Shown: positions 46,447 through 56,469 of the stretch, piece after piece | How the letters are laid out: each line of letters begins with the position of its first letter | Position numbering within the stretch: the first letter of the stretch is position 1 | Origin: a virus | Strand: one strand, 5' to 3' | DNA length: 64,000 nt | IMG/VR virus record: IMGVR_UViG_3300009314_000709 | Location: 8,433-72,432 of that record | Translations under genes and position numbers: made by a program | Notes under the pieces: generated by a model | What the model saw: the letters and a program-made list of their open reading frames with translations, nothing else | The model's database searches: none | Told to the model about the DNA's origin: nothing

Positions 46447-47502
46447 TCAATACGGGAATCTAGCTCCGCCGTGATCGTATCTGGGATAGTATTTCTCATA
46501 TCCTGTTATGATCTTACGTGCAGCGTAGCTAGCGTGACAACATTTGTATGCAAGTTCGCAAGCGTATTTGCTGATTTGTTCCATTCCCTTGTAGTTAATC
46601 TTGTCGGCCGTATCAGACCTACGATGGTAGTCACGGTGTGTCCCGGTATGTATGAACACTGCGGGTACTCCCTTACGCAGGAAAGGAGTATGGTCAGAGC
46701 CACCGGCTCCCTTTTGCGTGATCCTTGATGCGAATGTGTACTTGCCGTCCAATTCGTCGACAAATCTATACAAATCCACATCAAGATTGGTGCCAGTGAC
46801 GAGGTAGGGCGCAATATTCTGTCCCAATCTACCGACCATATCTGCGTTAATCATAGCAACGTGTTTGTCGATGTCGGGATCGTCTTTCGGGAATGTTGGA
46901 TTCTTTGTGTAGTAACTACTTCCAATGAGTCCGCTTTCTTCAGCGGTGTACCATTGGAATACAATGGTACGTGGCGGTGCTTCCATCTTGGAAAAGGCTT
47001 TCGCCAAAGCCATTACCAACACTGAGCCAGAACCGTTATCATCCGCTCCTAAGCGACCATTGCCAAGATGGTCGAGATGCGCTCCAACAACAACAATTTC
47101 GTCTTTGCGGGTCGGATCACTGCCTTCAATGTAAGCGCACAAGTTCTGATCTCGCCGAGGAACGGTTTGCCTCTCGGTTTTCAAACCCCATTCTTTACAA
47201 TGACTCTCTACGTATTCAAGAGCCTTCTTGAAGCCCTCTGTATTGGGTTCTCGTCCGTCGAGTTCCGGGGAGGCGAGATAGTAGAGCCACTCTTTCTGCT
47301 CTTCCGCCGTAATCGCATCCAACGCTTGTTCAAGTGTCAAATATTCCGGCTCGGGCGGTTGTACTGGAGGTACTGGCCCTTGCGGTGGCTGTACAACAGG
47401 TGGCTCAGTGGACGGATTGAGAACATACTTATCCGCCGCCAAAGTCAATAACAACGTTAAACCGAACGCTGCCAAAGCATAGACTACATTCCTAACATTC
47501 AT
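46447..47502 (-). CDS. membrane-anchored M28 metallopeptidase
   Basis: VVGAHLDHLG, GADDNGSG, AEESGLIGS, NADMVGR, SDH, DYHRRSDT. Confidence 0.92.
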   Translation of the reverse strand: MNVRNVVYALAAFGLTLLLTLAADKYVLNPSTEPPVVQPPQGPVPPVQPPEPEYLTLEQALDAITAEEQKEWLYYLASPELDGREPNTEGFKKALEYVESHCKEWGLKTERQTVPRRDQNLCAYIEGSDPTRKDEIVVVGAHLDHLGNGRLGADDNGSGSVLVMALAKAFSKMEAPPRTIVFQWYTAEESGLIGSSYYTKNPTFPKDDPDIDKHVAMINADMVGRLGQNIAPYLVTGTNLDVDLYRFVDELDGKYTFASRITQKGAGGSDHTPFLRKGVPAVFIHTGTHRDYHRRSDTADKINYKGMEQISKYACELAYKCCHASYAARKIITGYEKYYPRYDHGGARFPY

Positions 47503-47560
47503 TTCTTGCCCTCTTGTTCTAACGAACAGATGTCTACATAGGAGAGTAAGGAAGAAGGAA

Positions 47561-48187
47561 ATGCGATTCAAATTCTGGCTTCTCGAAAACGATGAGTATG
47601 ACCGCCTGTTGGCCCGTTATGAGCAGGAATGGGAACCACGGCTTTTGCAGAACCCGGAGGTTCGGCAAGAACTAATGTCTGACGGCTTAGCAAAAACCGC
47701 CACCGTCCGAAGAGTCTTAGGTATATCAGAAGGCGAATCAAATTTCGCTGCAAGAGAATTCAACAATCGCCACCGAGACCCCGAAGGGGAACGACAACGC
47801 CAGCAGAGGTGGCAAGATCAGATGGCTGCCGAAGCTCAGGATGATAACTATTATCACGTAACGTTGAGAACAAGGTGGCGAAAGATTCGCCGTCAAGGGC
47901 TCCAACCTGGTGCGGAACCAGTTTTCTCAAATTACACAGGGCACTCTGCGGGAAGAATCTTCCTCACAGAGAAAGGTGGGATTAACTTCTGGAAAGAGAG
48001 AGTTGCCGCTCACGAAGAACATAATGTCGAACATCCCCAGGGTGTTGTCGTCCTTCGTATCCCAAAAACCGCCGTAGCCAATGTAGAACTCGATGAACTT
48101 GGCACCACAGACGCCAAACACAACTCATATTACACAACAGAGTCCATCGATCCTTCTCACATCACAGTAGCCGAACAGCAGCTTTAA
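47561..48187 (+). CDS. putative head-packaged ADP-ribosyltransferase-fold protein (Tpt1/KptA-like)
   Basis: MRFKFWLLE start; YYHVT...IRRQGLQP...RIFLT...VVVLRI; CTACATA at 47534-47540. Confidence 0.6.
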   Translation: MRFKFWLLENDEYDRLLARYEQEWEPRLLQNPEVRQELMSDGLAKTATVRRVLGISEGESNFAAREFNNRHRDPEGERQRQQRWQDQMAAEAQDDNYYHVTLRTRWRKIRRQGLQPGAEPVFSNYTGHSAGRIFLTEKGGINFWKERVAAHEEHNVEHPQGVVVLRIPKTAVANVELDELGTTDAKHNSYYTTESIDPSHITVAEQQL

Positions 48188-48270
48188 TCTCCTCCAAAGT
48201 TTTTTCATTTTTTGCGCAAGTTTTGTTGCATCGTTGTCGATTATTCATATGGAGAACTTCAAGGAGGTAC

Positions 48271-49554
48271 ATGCTAACGGCGAATAGAATACACGAGTTC
48301 CTGGACAAATACACCATCGTTGAAGGTTTGCCAATCATCTTAGACCCTGAGCGATCCAATGGAGTTTGGGTCGTGGATATGATTACTGGCAAGAAATACC
48401 TTGATTGCACTAGTTTGTTTGGTACTGCGCCAGTCGGTTTCAATCATCACATCATGTTCCGGGAATCACAAGAGTGCTTTGTGGGCGTGCCGCATCTCAA
48501 GATACCACACGGAGAAGTCTATACGTGTTGGTATGCAGATTTCATTGAAGCCTTCCTCAAAAAAGCCCTGCCGGATTACTTCAAGTACGTCGTTTGCTGC
48601 CCGAGCACGGACGAGGCCATAGACGCCAGCCTTAAAATTGCTTTCGACTGGAAGGCTAAGAAGCTAGGGATGGGGGATGGCTTTGCCCAATCATTCGATG
48701 TGATCCATTTCGCAGAGTCCTACCACGGTTCCTCTGTCTATGCTCTAAGTGCTAGTGATACCACTGTTCGGAGCAATCACTGCTACCCTCGTTTCAATTG
48801 GACGATGGTTCCCAATCCTAAAGTCAGGTTTCCCAGCACATCTCAAGTTGAAACCAACGAAACACATGCCCTGATTGCTATGAAAAAGGCGATTCACAAA
48901 GGGAACGTTGCCGCAATTCTCATGGAGCCGCTGCAAGACAAAGGGGGGAACAATCTATTTAGAGAAGGGTTCTTGAAGCAAGTACGAGACCTAGCAAGCG
49001 AATCCAACACACTACTAATCTTCAATGAATGTAATGTGGGATTCGGGCCATCTGGCAAATGGTGGTGCCACCAAACATTTGATATACGACCTGACTTAAT
49101 GGTTTTCGGCGGCCGGACACAAGTCGCAGGTGTGGTGGCGACAGAAAAACTCGACGAAGTAAAGAGACATTGTTTCAATCACGAGCGCAATCGCCTTGAA
49201 ACAAAGTGGGGGGGCGACTTGGCGGATATGGTGAGATGCGAAATCTACATGCAAATCATCGAAAAAGAAGACCTGCTCAAGCAGGCGAAAAAGATTGGTG
49301 AATACATGCTGGCGAAGCTAAGGGAACTCGAAGCAGTGTCAGCTAAGATTAGCAACACACGAGGTATCGGTACGTTGACTGCCTTCGATCTACCCAATTC
49401 TATGTCGAGAAACTTGGTCCTCTCATACCTGCAAAAACACATGTTAATTAGGGGCTGCGGTTTGCAGTCCATTTGCTTCCGACCGCCACTAATTTTTGGC
49501 AAGGAAGAAGCTGATCTTACTATGGATTATATCAGAAAGGCATTGATACTATGA
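48271..49554 (+). CDS. L-lysine 6-aminotransferase-like class III PLP-fold protein, catalytic Lys absent
   Basis: YLDC.S.F...PVGFNH, LKIAFDWK, WGGDLADMVR. FGKK is replaced by FGGR and DEVQTG by NECNVG. Confidence 0.85.
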   Translation: MLTANRIHEFLDKYTIVEGLPIILDPERSNGVWVVDMITGKKYLDCTSLFGTAPVGFNHHIMFRESQECFVGVPHLKIPHGEVYTCWYADFIEAFLKKALPDYFKYVVCCPSTDEAIDASLKIAFDWKAKKLGMGDGFAQSFDVIHFAESYHGSSVYALSASDTTVRSNHCYPRFNWTMVPNPKVRFPSTSQVETNETHALIAMKKAIHKGNVAAILMEPLQDKGGNNLFREGFLKQVRDLASESNTLLIFNECNVGFGPSGKWWCHQTFDIRPDLMVFGGRTQVAGVVATEKLDEVKRHCFNHERNRLETKWGGDLADMVRCEIYMQIIEKEDLLKQAKKIGEYMLAKLRELEAVSAKISNTRGIGTLTAFDLPNSMSRNLVLSYLQKHMLIRGCGLQSICFRPPLIFGKEEADLTMDYIRKALIL

Positions 49555-50120
49555 GTTATTCCGAATGGGCAAAGAAGTTTGAGGAAGGGAAGAAGCGACC
49601 TAAACCCCACAAAACCGAGGAAGAAAAAAAGCAACTCAAACCTCACAAAATAGACAAAATAGTTTGGGAACCGATTCCCCAATCGGCAAGTGACAGGTTC
49701 GATAGAAAGTGGCCCAGCTTAGTGAATCCGTACATACCGGAAGTAGATAGACCAAGTTCTCAAGAGAAAGTTCATTTGCAGCAGAAAGCAGAGCAAGCCA
49801 AAAAACAGGCAGAATTACTTGAAGATGCTGTAATGGTTTACCGACTTTCTAGGGAAGGTCAAAATCCTCCCACAGATGTTGACCAGACCGCAGAGATGTA
49901 TGACATTAGCAGGACAGACTCTGTTGAGTTGTTGCATCTCATCAGAAACATCATGGGAGATGAAGAATATCGTCGAGTGATCGCTAAGGTGTTCGATACA
50001 GAATCACCTCTGAAAACCGTTGAAATCCCACCGATCTATGACATACCCGATGATGTTAAAAATGCGTATCGGGAACGAGGAATAAATCTAAGAAAGAGGT
50101 TTTCCGACGAAACTCCCTAG
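49551..50120 (+). CDS. hypothetical protein (SYSEW N-terminus)
   Basis: ATGA-coupled to the upstream gene. Confidence 0.55.
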   Translation: MSYSEWAKKFEEGKKRPKPHKTEEEKKQLKPHKIDKIVWEPIPQSASDRFDRKWPSLVNPYIPEVDRPSSQEKVHLQQKAEQAKKQAELLEDAVMVYRLSREGQNPPTDVDQTAEMYDISRTDSVELLHLIRNIMGDEEYRRVIAKVFDTESPLKTVEIPPIYDIPDDVKNAYRERGINLRKRFSDETP

Positions 50121-50874
50121 CTTTTAACATCAACCTCGGCAACTTCGGCAAGGTCGTCTCTTTTTTGTAAATGGCGGCCTTGCTTTCACGTTCAGCCCAT
50201 TTCTTCAAAACCGTTATGCGAACACCTTGAGAGTTGTTGAAAGTGGGAAATATCACGCCATTGATCTGGGCCGATGCAATCTTTTGCTTGATGGCAATCA
50301 GCTTCTTGTTGTGAAACACAGGTCCGCCAGAATCTCCAGGTATGGCCAACAAACCAGCACGTATAGATATCTCGTCAATGCCAGTGATCCGGCCATAATC
50401 CAACCTAGGAACTTCTCGACTGCCGCAACCTACTCCAATAATCTCATTGCCGAAGTAGAGTTTCTCATCCATACCCAAGTCAGCAACAGGCATCTGCTTT
50501 TTCGATAGGAACATCATCAACGCCATGTCCCTATAGGGATGTTTAGCAATTATTCTCGCTGGATACCTTTTGCATTTTGACCTATCAATGGCAGACCAAT
50601 CTTTGTAAGCAATCACGACTGCGTACGGTTCTGTAAAACGCTGAACAACGTGCTTGCATGTTAGGACGACATTTATCCAGTCATCGCCGTCTTTTTCGCT
50701 GCGAATAATGGTACCGCTCCCAAAACCGCACCGATCAATTAGCTGTACGACCGGCCGCACACATTTTAGTTCAAGTTCTTTGTCAGGTACCCCAGCAAGC
50801 GACAAACTACTGTTAAGGGGGAGCGCAACAAATGCGAAAACAGCAGTCAAGAAAATGGTTGATGTATTACTCAT
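50056..50874 (-). CDS. secreted trypsin-like serine protease
   Basis: Signal peptide, GSGTII, LTCKHVV, DMAL, GDSGGP. Confidence 0.88.
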   Translation of the reverse strand: MSNTSTIFLTAVFAFVALPLNSSLSLAGVPDKELELKCVRPVVQLIDRCGFGSGTIIRSEKDGDDWINVVLTCKHVVQRFTEPYAVVIAYKDWSAIDRSKCKRYPARIIAKHPYRDMALMMFLSKKQMPVADLGMDEKLYFGNEIIGVGCGSREVPRLDYGRITGIDEISIRAGLLAIPGDSGGPVFHNKKLIAIKQKIASAQINGVIFPTFNNSQGVRITVLKKWAERESKAAIYKKETTLPKLPRLMLKAREFRRKTSFLDLFLVPDTHF

Positions 50875-50988
50875 ATTTCTTATCTAGGGGCGTTAGCTTG
50901 TTTTCAGGGAGGGGCTTACTCTAATATCATGCCCCATAATGAAGAATTCGCCCCGCCCCAACCTCATAGAAGTTGGGGTGGTTTAGAC

Positions 50989-51234
50989 TTATTTCTCTGC
51001 TGAGATAAATGATTGCAGATTGATCGTTACTGTAACATCACCAGCTTTTTCATTGAGTATTGTTATACAGACTTCCCGCTTCTCTGGATCGAAGCTGAGA
51101 ATCTCCCAATCATCTTCGTCTAAGCCATCGAAGAACTCTTTCTGCTTGCTGCCTTCTGTCAAGTAAGCAATGAGTGTATTCTTTGAGAGACGTTGTGTGT
51201 ACTGGCACGCCCTTCGGTTGAAACTAGTTACCAT
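50989..51234 (-). CDS. hypothetical protein
   Basis: CTAAATA at 51259-51265 and GAGG RBS upstream. Confidence 0.5.
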   Translation of the reverse strand: MVTSFNRRACQYTQRLSKNTLIAYLTEGSKQKEFFDGLDEDDWEILSFDPEKREVCITILNEKAGDVTVTINLQSFISAEK

Positions 51235-51265
51235 GTCATCCTCGTAGTCTATCCGCTATATTTAG

Positions 51266-51559
51266 CTACAACTGAGGATTTGCTATCTGAAAACCAGTTG
51301 CTGCGACGATACCTGTACCAAACTTGGTATTGTAGATGTTCTTGATCTCATCATCTGGGTCATCTACGAAGACCACGTGTTGTTTATCGATCTTAACATT
51401 ATCATTCTTACCTAAAGTAGACAACGGCATCATACCTATTGACCCGTCGGGTGTTATTGCTACAAGCATAGCGTCTTTCAAGAGATAGTACTCTGTCTCT
51501 TGTCTTACTTGGCCAATGACGTTTTCACCAGTTACCAATTTTACGTACTTAACATCCAC
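51266..51559 (-). CDS. Sm-like fold protein of T4-like phages
   Basis: VKYVKLVTGENVIG...YNTKFGTGIV. Confidence 0.6.
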   Translation of the reverse strand: MDVKYVKLVTGENVIGQVRQETEYYLLKDAMLVAITPDGSIGMMPLSTLGKNDNVKIDKQHVVFVDDPDDEIKNIYNTKFGTGIVAATGFQIANPQL

Positions 51560-51666
51560 GTAGCACCTCTTTCATTTTGTTTGATACTTTTACGGTAGTT
51601 TGCTCGCCACACTTTAGCTAATCAGACCGTAAAACAGGGTCTGACTCAGATGGCAAATAGGATGCG

Positions 51667-51885
51667 CTAGAAATACACTACCCCTCGAAGGCCATTCTTG
51701 ACTTTCTGCATTACCTGTGTCCAAGTATGGCTGTTTTCGATATTGTCTCTTATGGAGTGCGGCACAAGTAGCAATTCAATCTGCGGAAGATTACGGGGGC
51801 TGATTTGGCTGGCATCTTCCGCCTCTAGCAAACAGACAATACGGCCTTCTGACAATAGGAATTTCATAGTGCCTCTCCAATTCAA
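51667..51885 (-). CDS. hypothetical protein
   Basis: Short ORF; probable start MKFLLS. Confidence 0.4.
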   Translation of the reverse strand: MNWRGTMKFLLSEGRIVCLLEAEDASQISPRNLPQIELLLVPHSIRDNIENSHTWTQVMQKVKNGLRGVVYF

Positions 51886-51928
51886 CGAATCCGGCTAATC
51901 TTCTTAAAGTAGTGTACTACATACGAAT

Positions 51929-52147
51929 ATGATCGATTTCTTAACATGGTGTGATTCCTGTGATTCGACATTGCTTGAATGGTATGTTTCTGTCGGTCAT
52001 TCTGAAGATTGGAGTGATCCGAAGGCATCGGACGAGCGCTTGAATGATGCAAAGTATGCTGCTCGTGGGATACGTAGCAAGTATGTCGCCAACATGAAGG
52101 CGGACGGAAAGAGAAGCACCAGAAAATCAAAGAAACGGCCTAAATAG
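51929..52147 (+). CDS. putative internal head protein
   Basis: MIDFLTW start; CTACATA at 51917-51923. Confidence 0.5.
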   Translation: MIDFLTWCDSCDSTLLEWYVSVGHSEDWSDPKASDERLNDAKYAARGIRSKYVANMKADGKRSTRKSKKRPK

Positions 52148-52179
52148 TCTAGCGTAATCCAGCTTACAAAGGAGTCGAA

Positions 52180-52461
52180 ATGGCGACAATTGAATTCAGA
52201 GTGAACTTGGAAACGGCTCTTCGTGAGTCAAATGTTCCAGTAACTAACCTACGAGCAGAAGGTGACAACTTCCGAGAAACCCGTGACTCGTGGTTCCCCA
52301 ATGATCTTCGCAACAACCGGATGTTCAAGCACGGTGATACGTTTACCGTGAGTGGAAGAAGGGCTAAGTACCTCAAGGACAACTATACGAGTGGTGCTTA
52401 TCCACTCTTGACAATCGTTAGCGAGTCAATGGAGTTCACCGAAGCAGGGGAGATGCCCTAG
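52180..52461 (+). CDS. hypothetical late protein
   Basis: AGGAG RBS; CTAAATA at 52140-52146. Confidence 0.6.
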   Translation: MATIEFRVNLETALRESNVPVTNLRAEGDNFRETRDSWFPNDLRNNRMFKHGDTFTVSGRRAKYLKDNYTSGAYPLLTIVSESMEFTEAGEMP

Positions 52462-52760
52462 TGAATAGCTTTGCGGACTTGTGGGAGATGGTATGCCGAG
52501 AGGGTGAGGAAGACGAGCCCCTACAGCAAGATGTCGGCGATTCCAAAGCTATCACAGTCCTTGTAAAGCAAGAACCAGAATTCTGGGAGAAGTTCGCCCA
52601 GCTTGCTCGTGCGGACCCCGAGAGTTTAGCCGGGCTACTAGGGGTCGACGAAGGCGACGTAATCACCTGGTACGGAAAAATCAAAGAGGCACAAGACGCC
52701 GCCGCCAGAGCCAAGGCGGAAAATGACAAAGACACAATGATACCAACTGGACAGATATGA
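52461..52760 (+). CDS. putative internal head protein
   Basis: MNSFADLWE start. Confidence 0.55.
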   Translation: MNSFADLWEMVCREGEEDEPLQQDVGDSKAITVLVKQEPEFWEKFAQLARADPESLAGLLGVDEGDVITWYGKIKEAQDAAARAKAENDKDTMIPTGQI

Positions 52761-52761
52761 T

Positions 52762-53145
52762 ATGAGAGGCACGATGATATCTTTTGAAGACTATGCCAGA
52801 AAGTACGGCAGTCTATTCATAGAAGAAGATGGGATGGCGGCACCAGCAGCAGCGGCAGCAGCAGCGGCACCAGCAGCGGCAGGCGGCGACCAGCAGTCAC
52901 TAGCTCAAAGCGAACACCAAATGGCTCAAAGTCTTTTTGACCAGAGAGTGGCACCTATGCTACAACGCCTGTCAAATGCAGCGGCTCTTGAACAGTTTTG
53001 GGGATTAGTGACCAATGCCGTTCTTCAGCATCCCAAAATGAGTGACACGATTCGAGCGAGAATTCAACAGAAAAAGGGCGAAACGGCGCTCTCTGGCGTC
53101 GGCCTACAATCGCAACAACCAGCGTCTACTAATGGACCAGTATAA
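52762..53145 (+). CDS. putative internal head protein, paralogue A
   Basis: ISFEDY; LFDQRV...LEQFWGL...HPKM domain. Confidence 0.6.
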   Translation: MRGTMISFEDYARKYGSLFIEEDGMAAPAAAAAAAAPAAAGGDQQSLAQSEHQMAQSLFDQRVAPMLQRLSNAAALEQFWGLVTNAVLQHPKMSDTIRARIQQKKGETALSGVGLQSQQPASTNGPV

Positions 53146-53146
53146 T

Positions 53147-53635
53147 ATGAGAAATGTAATCAATGACATACAGCGTATTGCTGAAGCATACGCAAATCCA
53201 CTTATAGAAAAAGAGACTGAGGACGGTTCGTTGATCTCTTTCGAGGACTACAACGAAATACGAGGTTTCTTTGAGGACAACGGAGGAACCTTAGCCCCAG
53301 CTATGGGATTTGGAGAGCCAGCAACTGATGCAGACCCTGCAATGGGCATGGGCACTCCTGATGCAGCAGACTCGGAGGAACCTGCTCCATCTCCCGACGA
53401 CGAAGGGGGTGATCGCAGTGAGAACAAAGCAATTCAACAACTCTTTGATCGGCGTATCAAACCAGTTCTCGTCCAGGTACAGAACCCAGCCTCCTTAGAG
53501 CAATTTTGGGGTTTAATGATGTCAGCTATTCTCAGTCACCCCAAGATGAATAGCACACTTCGACAAGAACTCATGCGGAAGACTGGCGAGAAGTCTCTTG
53601 CGGGTGTTGGTCTTGCTACCGGCCCAGCCGCATAA
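53147..53635 (+). CDS. putative internal head protein, paralogue B
   Basis: ISFEDY; LFDRRI...LEQFWGL...HPKM domain. Start moved to MRNVIND. Confidence 0.6.
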   Translation: MRNVINDIQRIAEAYANPLIEKETEDGSLISFEDYNEIRGFFEDNGGTLAPAMGFGEPATDADPAMGMGTPDAADSEEPAPSPDDEGGDRSENKAIQQLFDRRIKPVLVQVQNPASLEQFWGLMMSAILSHPKMNSTLRQELMRKTGEKSLAGVGLATGPAA

Positions 53636-53685
53636 ATCCATCGTTGCCGTCTGCAAATAGAAAGCTATCTCCCTCTAATATCCTC

Positions 53686-56469
53686 ATGGCGGAGATAGCT
53701 TTTTTTGCAGACGCAATCACCGATGAAAATGGGTTGCTGCCCATTTATGAGCATCTTGACTACACTTTTGATGGTGTGCAACCAGTCTCAGCAGGCGATC
53801 TCAAATCCTGCTCGCCCGAACTTGTCATTACAAATCAAGCCACATCTCTGTTAGAACTCACGAGCAAGTTCCCTGTTGTTTTCTTCTTAACAGAGCCAAC
53901 GGGTTATCCTCTATTACAACCAGGCTTGTCGGTTCGACGCATCTTTCTCAATCCTCTTCGTATGCTAGAAGCGATGTTTGTGTTTTCATCTTTCGCAGCC
54001 AAGGAAATCGAGAGTGCTTATCGGATCAAGCCTATTGTTCAACTACCGATCATAAGACACGCACGGCAACGACAACAAGGCAACAAGATTGTTCACTCTT
54101 ATGTTCCGGGAAGTATTCAACAGGAGTTAACGAGGTGGAGATTTGTTCCCTACGAAAAACCATCTGACTTCGAGGGAGCAGCACTTTATGTTGATATGAC
54201 GAGTACATACGAGTGCGTAAATAGCCGCCTTTGTGTTGCAGCCGCACATGGTGTGCCTTGCGTGACGGCCGACAAGGGCTCCAATCCCGAATTGGCTAGC
54301 GGCGGTGATGTTCTCGTACCATTACACGTATCGGAAAGTAAGTGGTTAGAGGCGATTAAGGTAGGTTTGCGAGATAGACAGACCAATGGGGACAAGAACA
54401 AAAAGGCTAGCATGAGGTTTCAGAATATGGGAGACATTGACAAGCGAATTGAACGACTCACAAAACGTAAACGGGGCACATCCCTATTGCCAAAAATCGC
54501 CGCAAGACTTCAGGAAAGAAAAGCATTAGAGAAGATTGAAAAACTTAACAAGGAAAGGGCCAAGCGGAAGCCAGGTAGCTCCGTGAAAACGAAAGGACCG
54601 GTTATGGGACGAAGGGAAACGCTTGCTGAAAGAGAGCGACGAGCAAGGCGAAAACTAGAGAAGGTGCGATCTAGGAGGAAAGAAGAGCATGGCGGGAAAC
54701 CAACTTATCAAATCGTTGATACCCCATCGTGGTTTACAAACACAAAGTCCTGCGATGTATCAATCATCGTGCCAATGTACCGAAGTCGAGTGCACATCGA
54801 AAGACAAATCAGGGAGTGGGATATTCAAGATGACGGGCTTACTAAAGAAGTTATCTACGTAGACGACCTGTGTCCTCAGTACAGCGCTGAAGTCATCTTG
54901 CCTACCTGGGAAATCCACCGACAACACCTTAAAGGCAAACCGGTAGGCAAAATAATCTGCTCTCATACGAACCGGGGATATGGACCTAACTGCAACCTTG
55001 GAGCCAAACATGCATTGGGTAGGTATCTAATCTTTCTCAATGCCGACGTTTTTGTGTTGCAGAACTGGGTCAAGCCGATGTTTGACTTGTGCGAAAACGA
55101 TCCGCAAATCGGCATCGTAGGTAACATGCAGTTAGCTACTCGTGGCGAAGGAAACGTAATTGATTCTGCTGGTTCAGAATGGCATTGGACAGGCGGGCAT
55201 TTTGAACACATTGGGCGCACTAGCTTTCAGACTAAACGCCTTCCTCAGCCCATGCGACTTACCACAGCCCCAAAGGAACTCAAAGTCCCCGCCGAGCGGG
55301 AAATGGTTACTGGCTGCTGCTTTATGATCCCTCGGAAAGTCTTTGACGAAATTGGCGGTTACGATGAGATGTACAAAATCGGCTACTGGGAAGACAGCGA
55401 TATGAACATGGCCGTCCGTGAAAAGGGCTACAAGATATACTTTCAACCCGAATCTAAAGTATTGCATGTTGGTGGCCACGCCAAAGCAGGCAGCCACTCT
55501 TACATGAAGCAGAATAGAAGGCGATTCTTTTTCCGTTGGGTTGATACAGGGTTCGTAGACAAAGTTGCAGTCCAAAAGCGCCCTTCCACTCGTGGAGTCC
55601 CTTCGGCCACAGATGGAATCAAGAGCGCATTCCCAGGAGAAGCGGTTGGCTGCGTAATTGCCTGTAACGAAGAAGAATTTCTTGAGGCTTCGGTTCGCAG
55701 CATTGCACCGATGTGCAATCGCTTTGTATTTGTCATCGGCGGTAACAACTATGCCAGTGAAGTTGGTATGTGTAGGCCAAACGGCTACCCCAAAGACAAC
55801 ACACTGGACATCGCTCGATCACTGGCAAAAGAATTCAACGGCACTGTAGTTGAGCCGCCTGGCCGATGCTGGATCAACAAGACAGAAATGCGGAACGCCT
55901 ATGTCCAACACCTACGACCCTCGAATTGGATGTTCATGTTAGATGGCGACGAAGTGTACAAACCCGGTCAACTCTGGGTAATCGCTGAGCTTATGCGCCG
56001 ATTTGAGTGCTTGCGTATGCAATATTATGTCTTCTGGAATGATGTTGACACCATAGGTACCGGCACCTGGGAGAATTACCCTCAAGAACGAATTGTAAAG
56101 TGGAAGAAAGGATACCACTATCACGACAGGAATCACTTAGCAGTCGCAGATAGGTCAAAAAAGGACATTGCTTTTCGGGTGCCAACATACCACGACAAAG
56201 AAAAGCTGTTCTATCACTACTCCTGGGTCAGGCCGTTGTCAAAGATTCAGCAAAAGCTAGCGTATTATGCTGTTCAACTGAAAAGAGAATGGGGTCAAGC
56301 CAATGTTGTAAATCCTCGATATGTCGAAGAAGTGTTTTTGAAATGGCGTGAAGAACCGGAGGCAGTGACCGGCACTCACCCAAAAGGCGGCGGCGAAGTG
56401 TGTCCTTTCGCTGGGATTCATCCATATGAAGTAACTCAACTCATTCAACAGGGTAAATTGAGCTTTTGA
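53686..56469 (+). CDS. multidomain glycosyltransferase (GT-B remnant, basic linker, two GT2 domains)
   Basis: SIIVPMY, YVDD, NRGYG..CN.GA, IFLNAD, TGCCFMI, GYWEDSD; second GT-A domain NEEEFL...MLDGDE. Confidence 0.88.
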   Translation: MAEIAFFADAITDENGLLPIYEHLDYTFDGVQPVSAGDLKSCSPELVITNQATSLLELTSKFPVVFFLTEPTGYPLLQPGLSVRRIFLNPLRMLEAMFVFSSFAAKEIESAYRIKPIVQLPIIRHARQRQQGNKIVHSYVPGSIQQELTRWRFVPYEKPSDFEGAALYVDMTSTYECVNSRLCVAAAHGVPCVTADKGSNPELASGGDVLVPLHVSESKWLEAIKVGLRDRQTNGDKNKKASMRFQNMGDIDKRIERLTKRKRGTSLLPKIAARLQERKALEKIEKLNKERAKRKPGSSVKTKGPVMGRRETLAERERRARRKLEKVRSRRKEEHGGKPTYQIVDTPSWFTNTKSCDVSIIVPMYRSRVHIERQIREWDIQDDGLTKEVIYVDDLCPQYSAEVILPTWEIHRQHLKGKPVGKIICSHTNRGYGPNCNLGAKHALGRYLIFLNADVFVLQNWVKPMFDLCENDPQIGIVGNMQLATRGEGNVIDSAGSEWHWTGGHFEHIGRTSFQTKRLPQPMRLTTAPKELKVPAEREMVTGCCFMIPRKVFDEIGGYDEMYKIGYWEDSDMNMAVREKGYKIYFQPESKVLHVGGHAKAGSHSYMKQNRRRFFFRWVDTGFVDKVAVQKRPSTRGVPSATDGIKSAFPGEAVGCVIACNEEEFLEASVRSIAPMCNRFVFVIGGNNYASEVGMCRPNGYPKDNTLDIARSLAKEFNGTVVEPPGRCWINKTEMRNAYVQHLRPSNWMFMLDGDEVYKPGQLWVIAELMRRFECLRMQYYVFWNDVDTIGTGTWENYPQERIVKWKKGYHYHDRNHLAVADRSKKDIAFRVPTYHDKEKLFYHYSWVRPLSKIQQKLAYYAVQLKREWGQANVVNPRYVEEVFLKWREEPEAVTGTHPKGGGEVCPFAGIHPYEVTQLIQQGKLSF

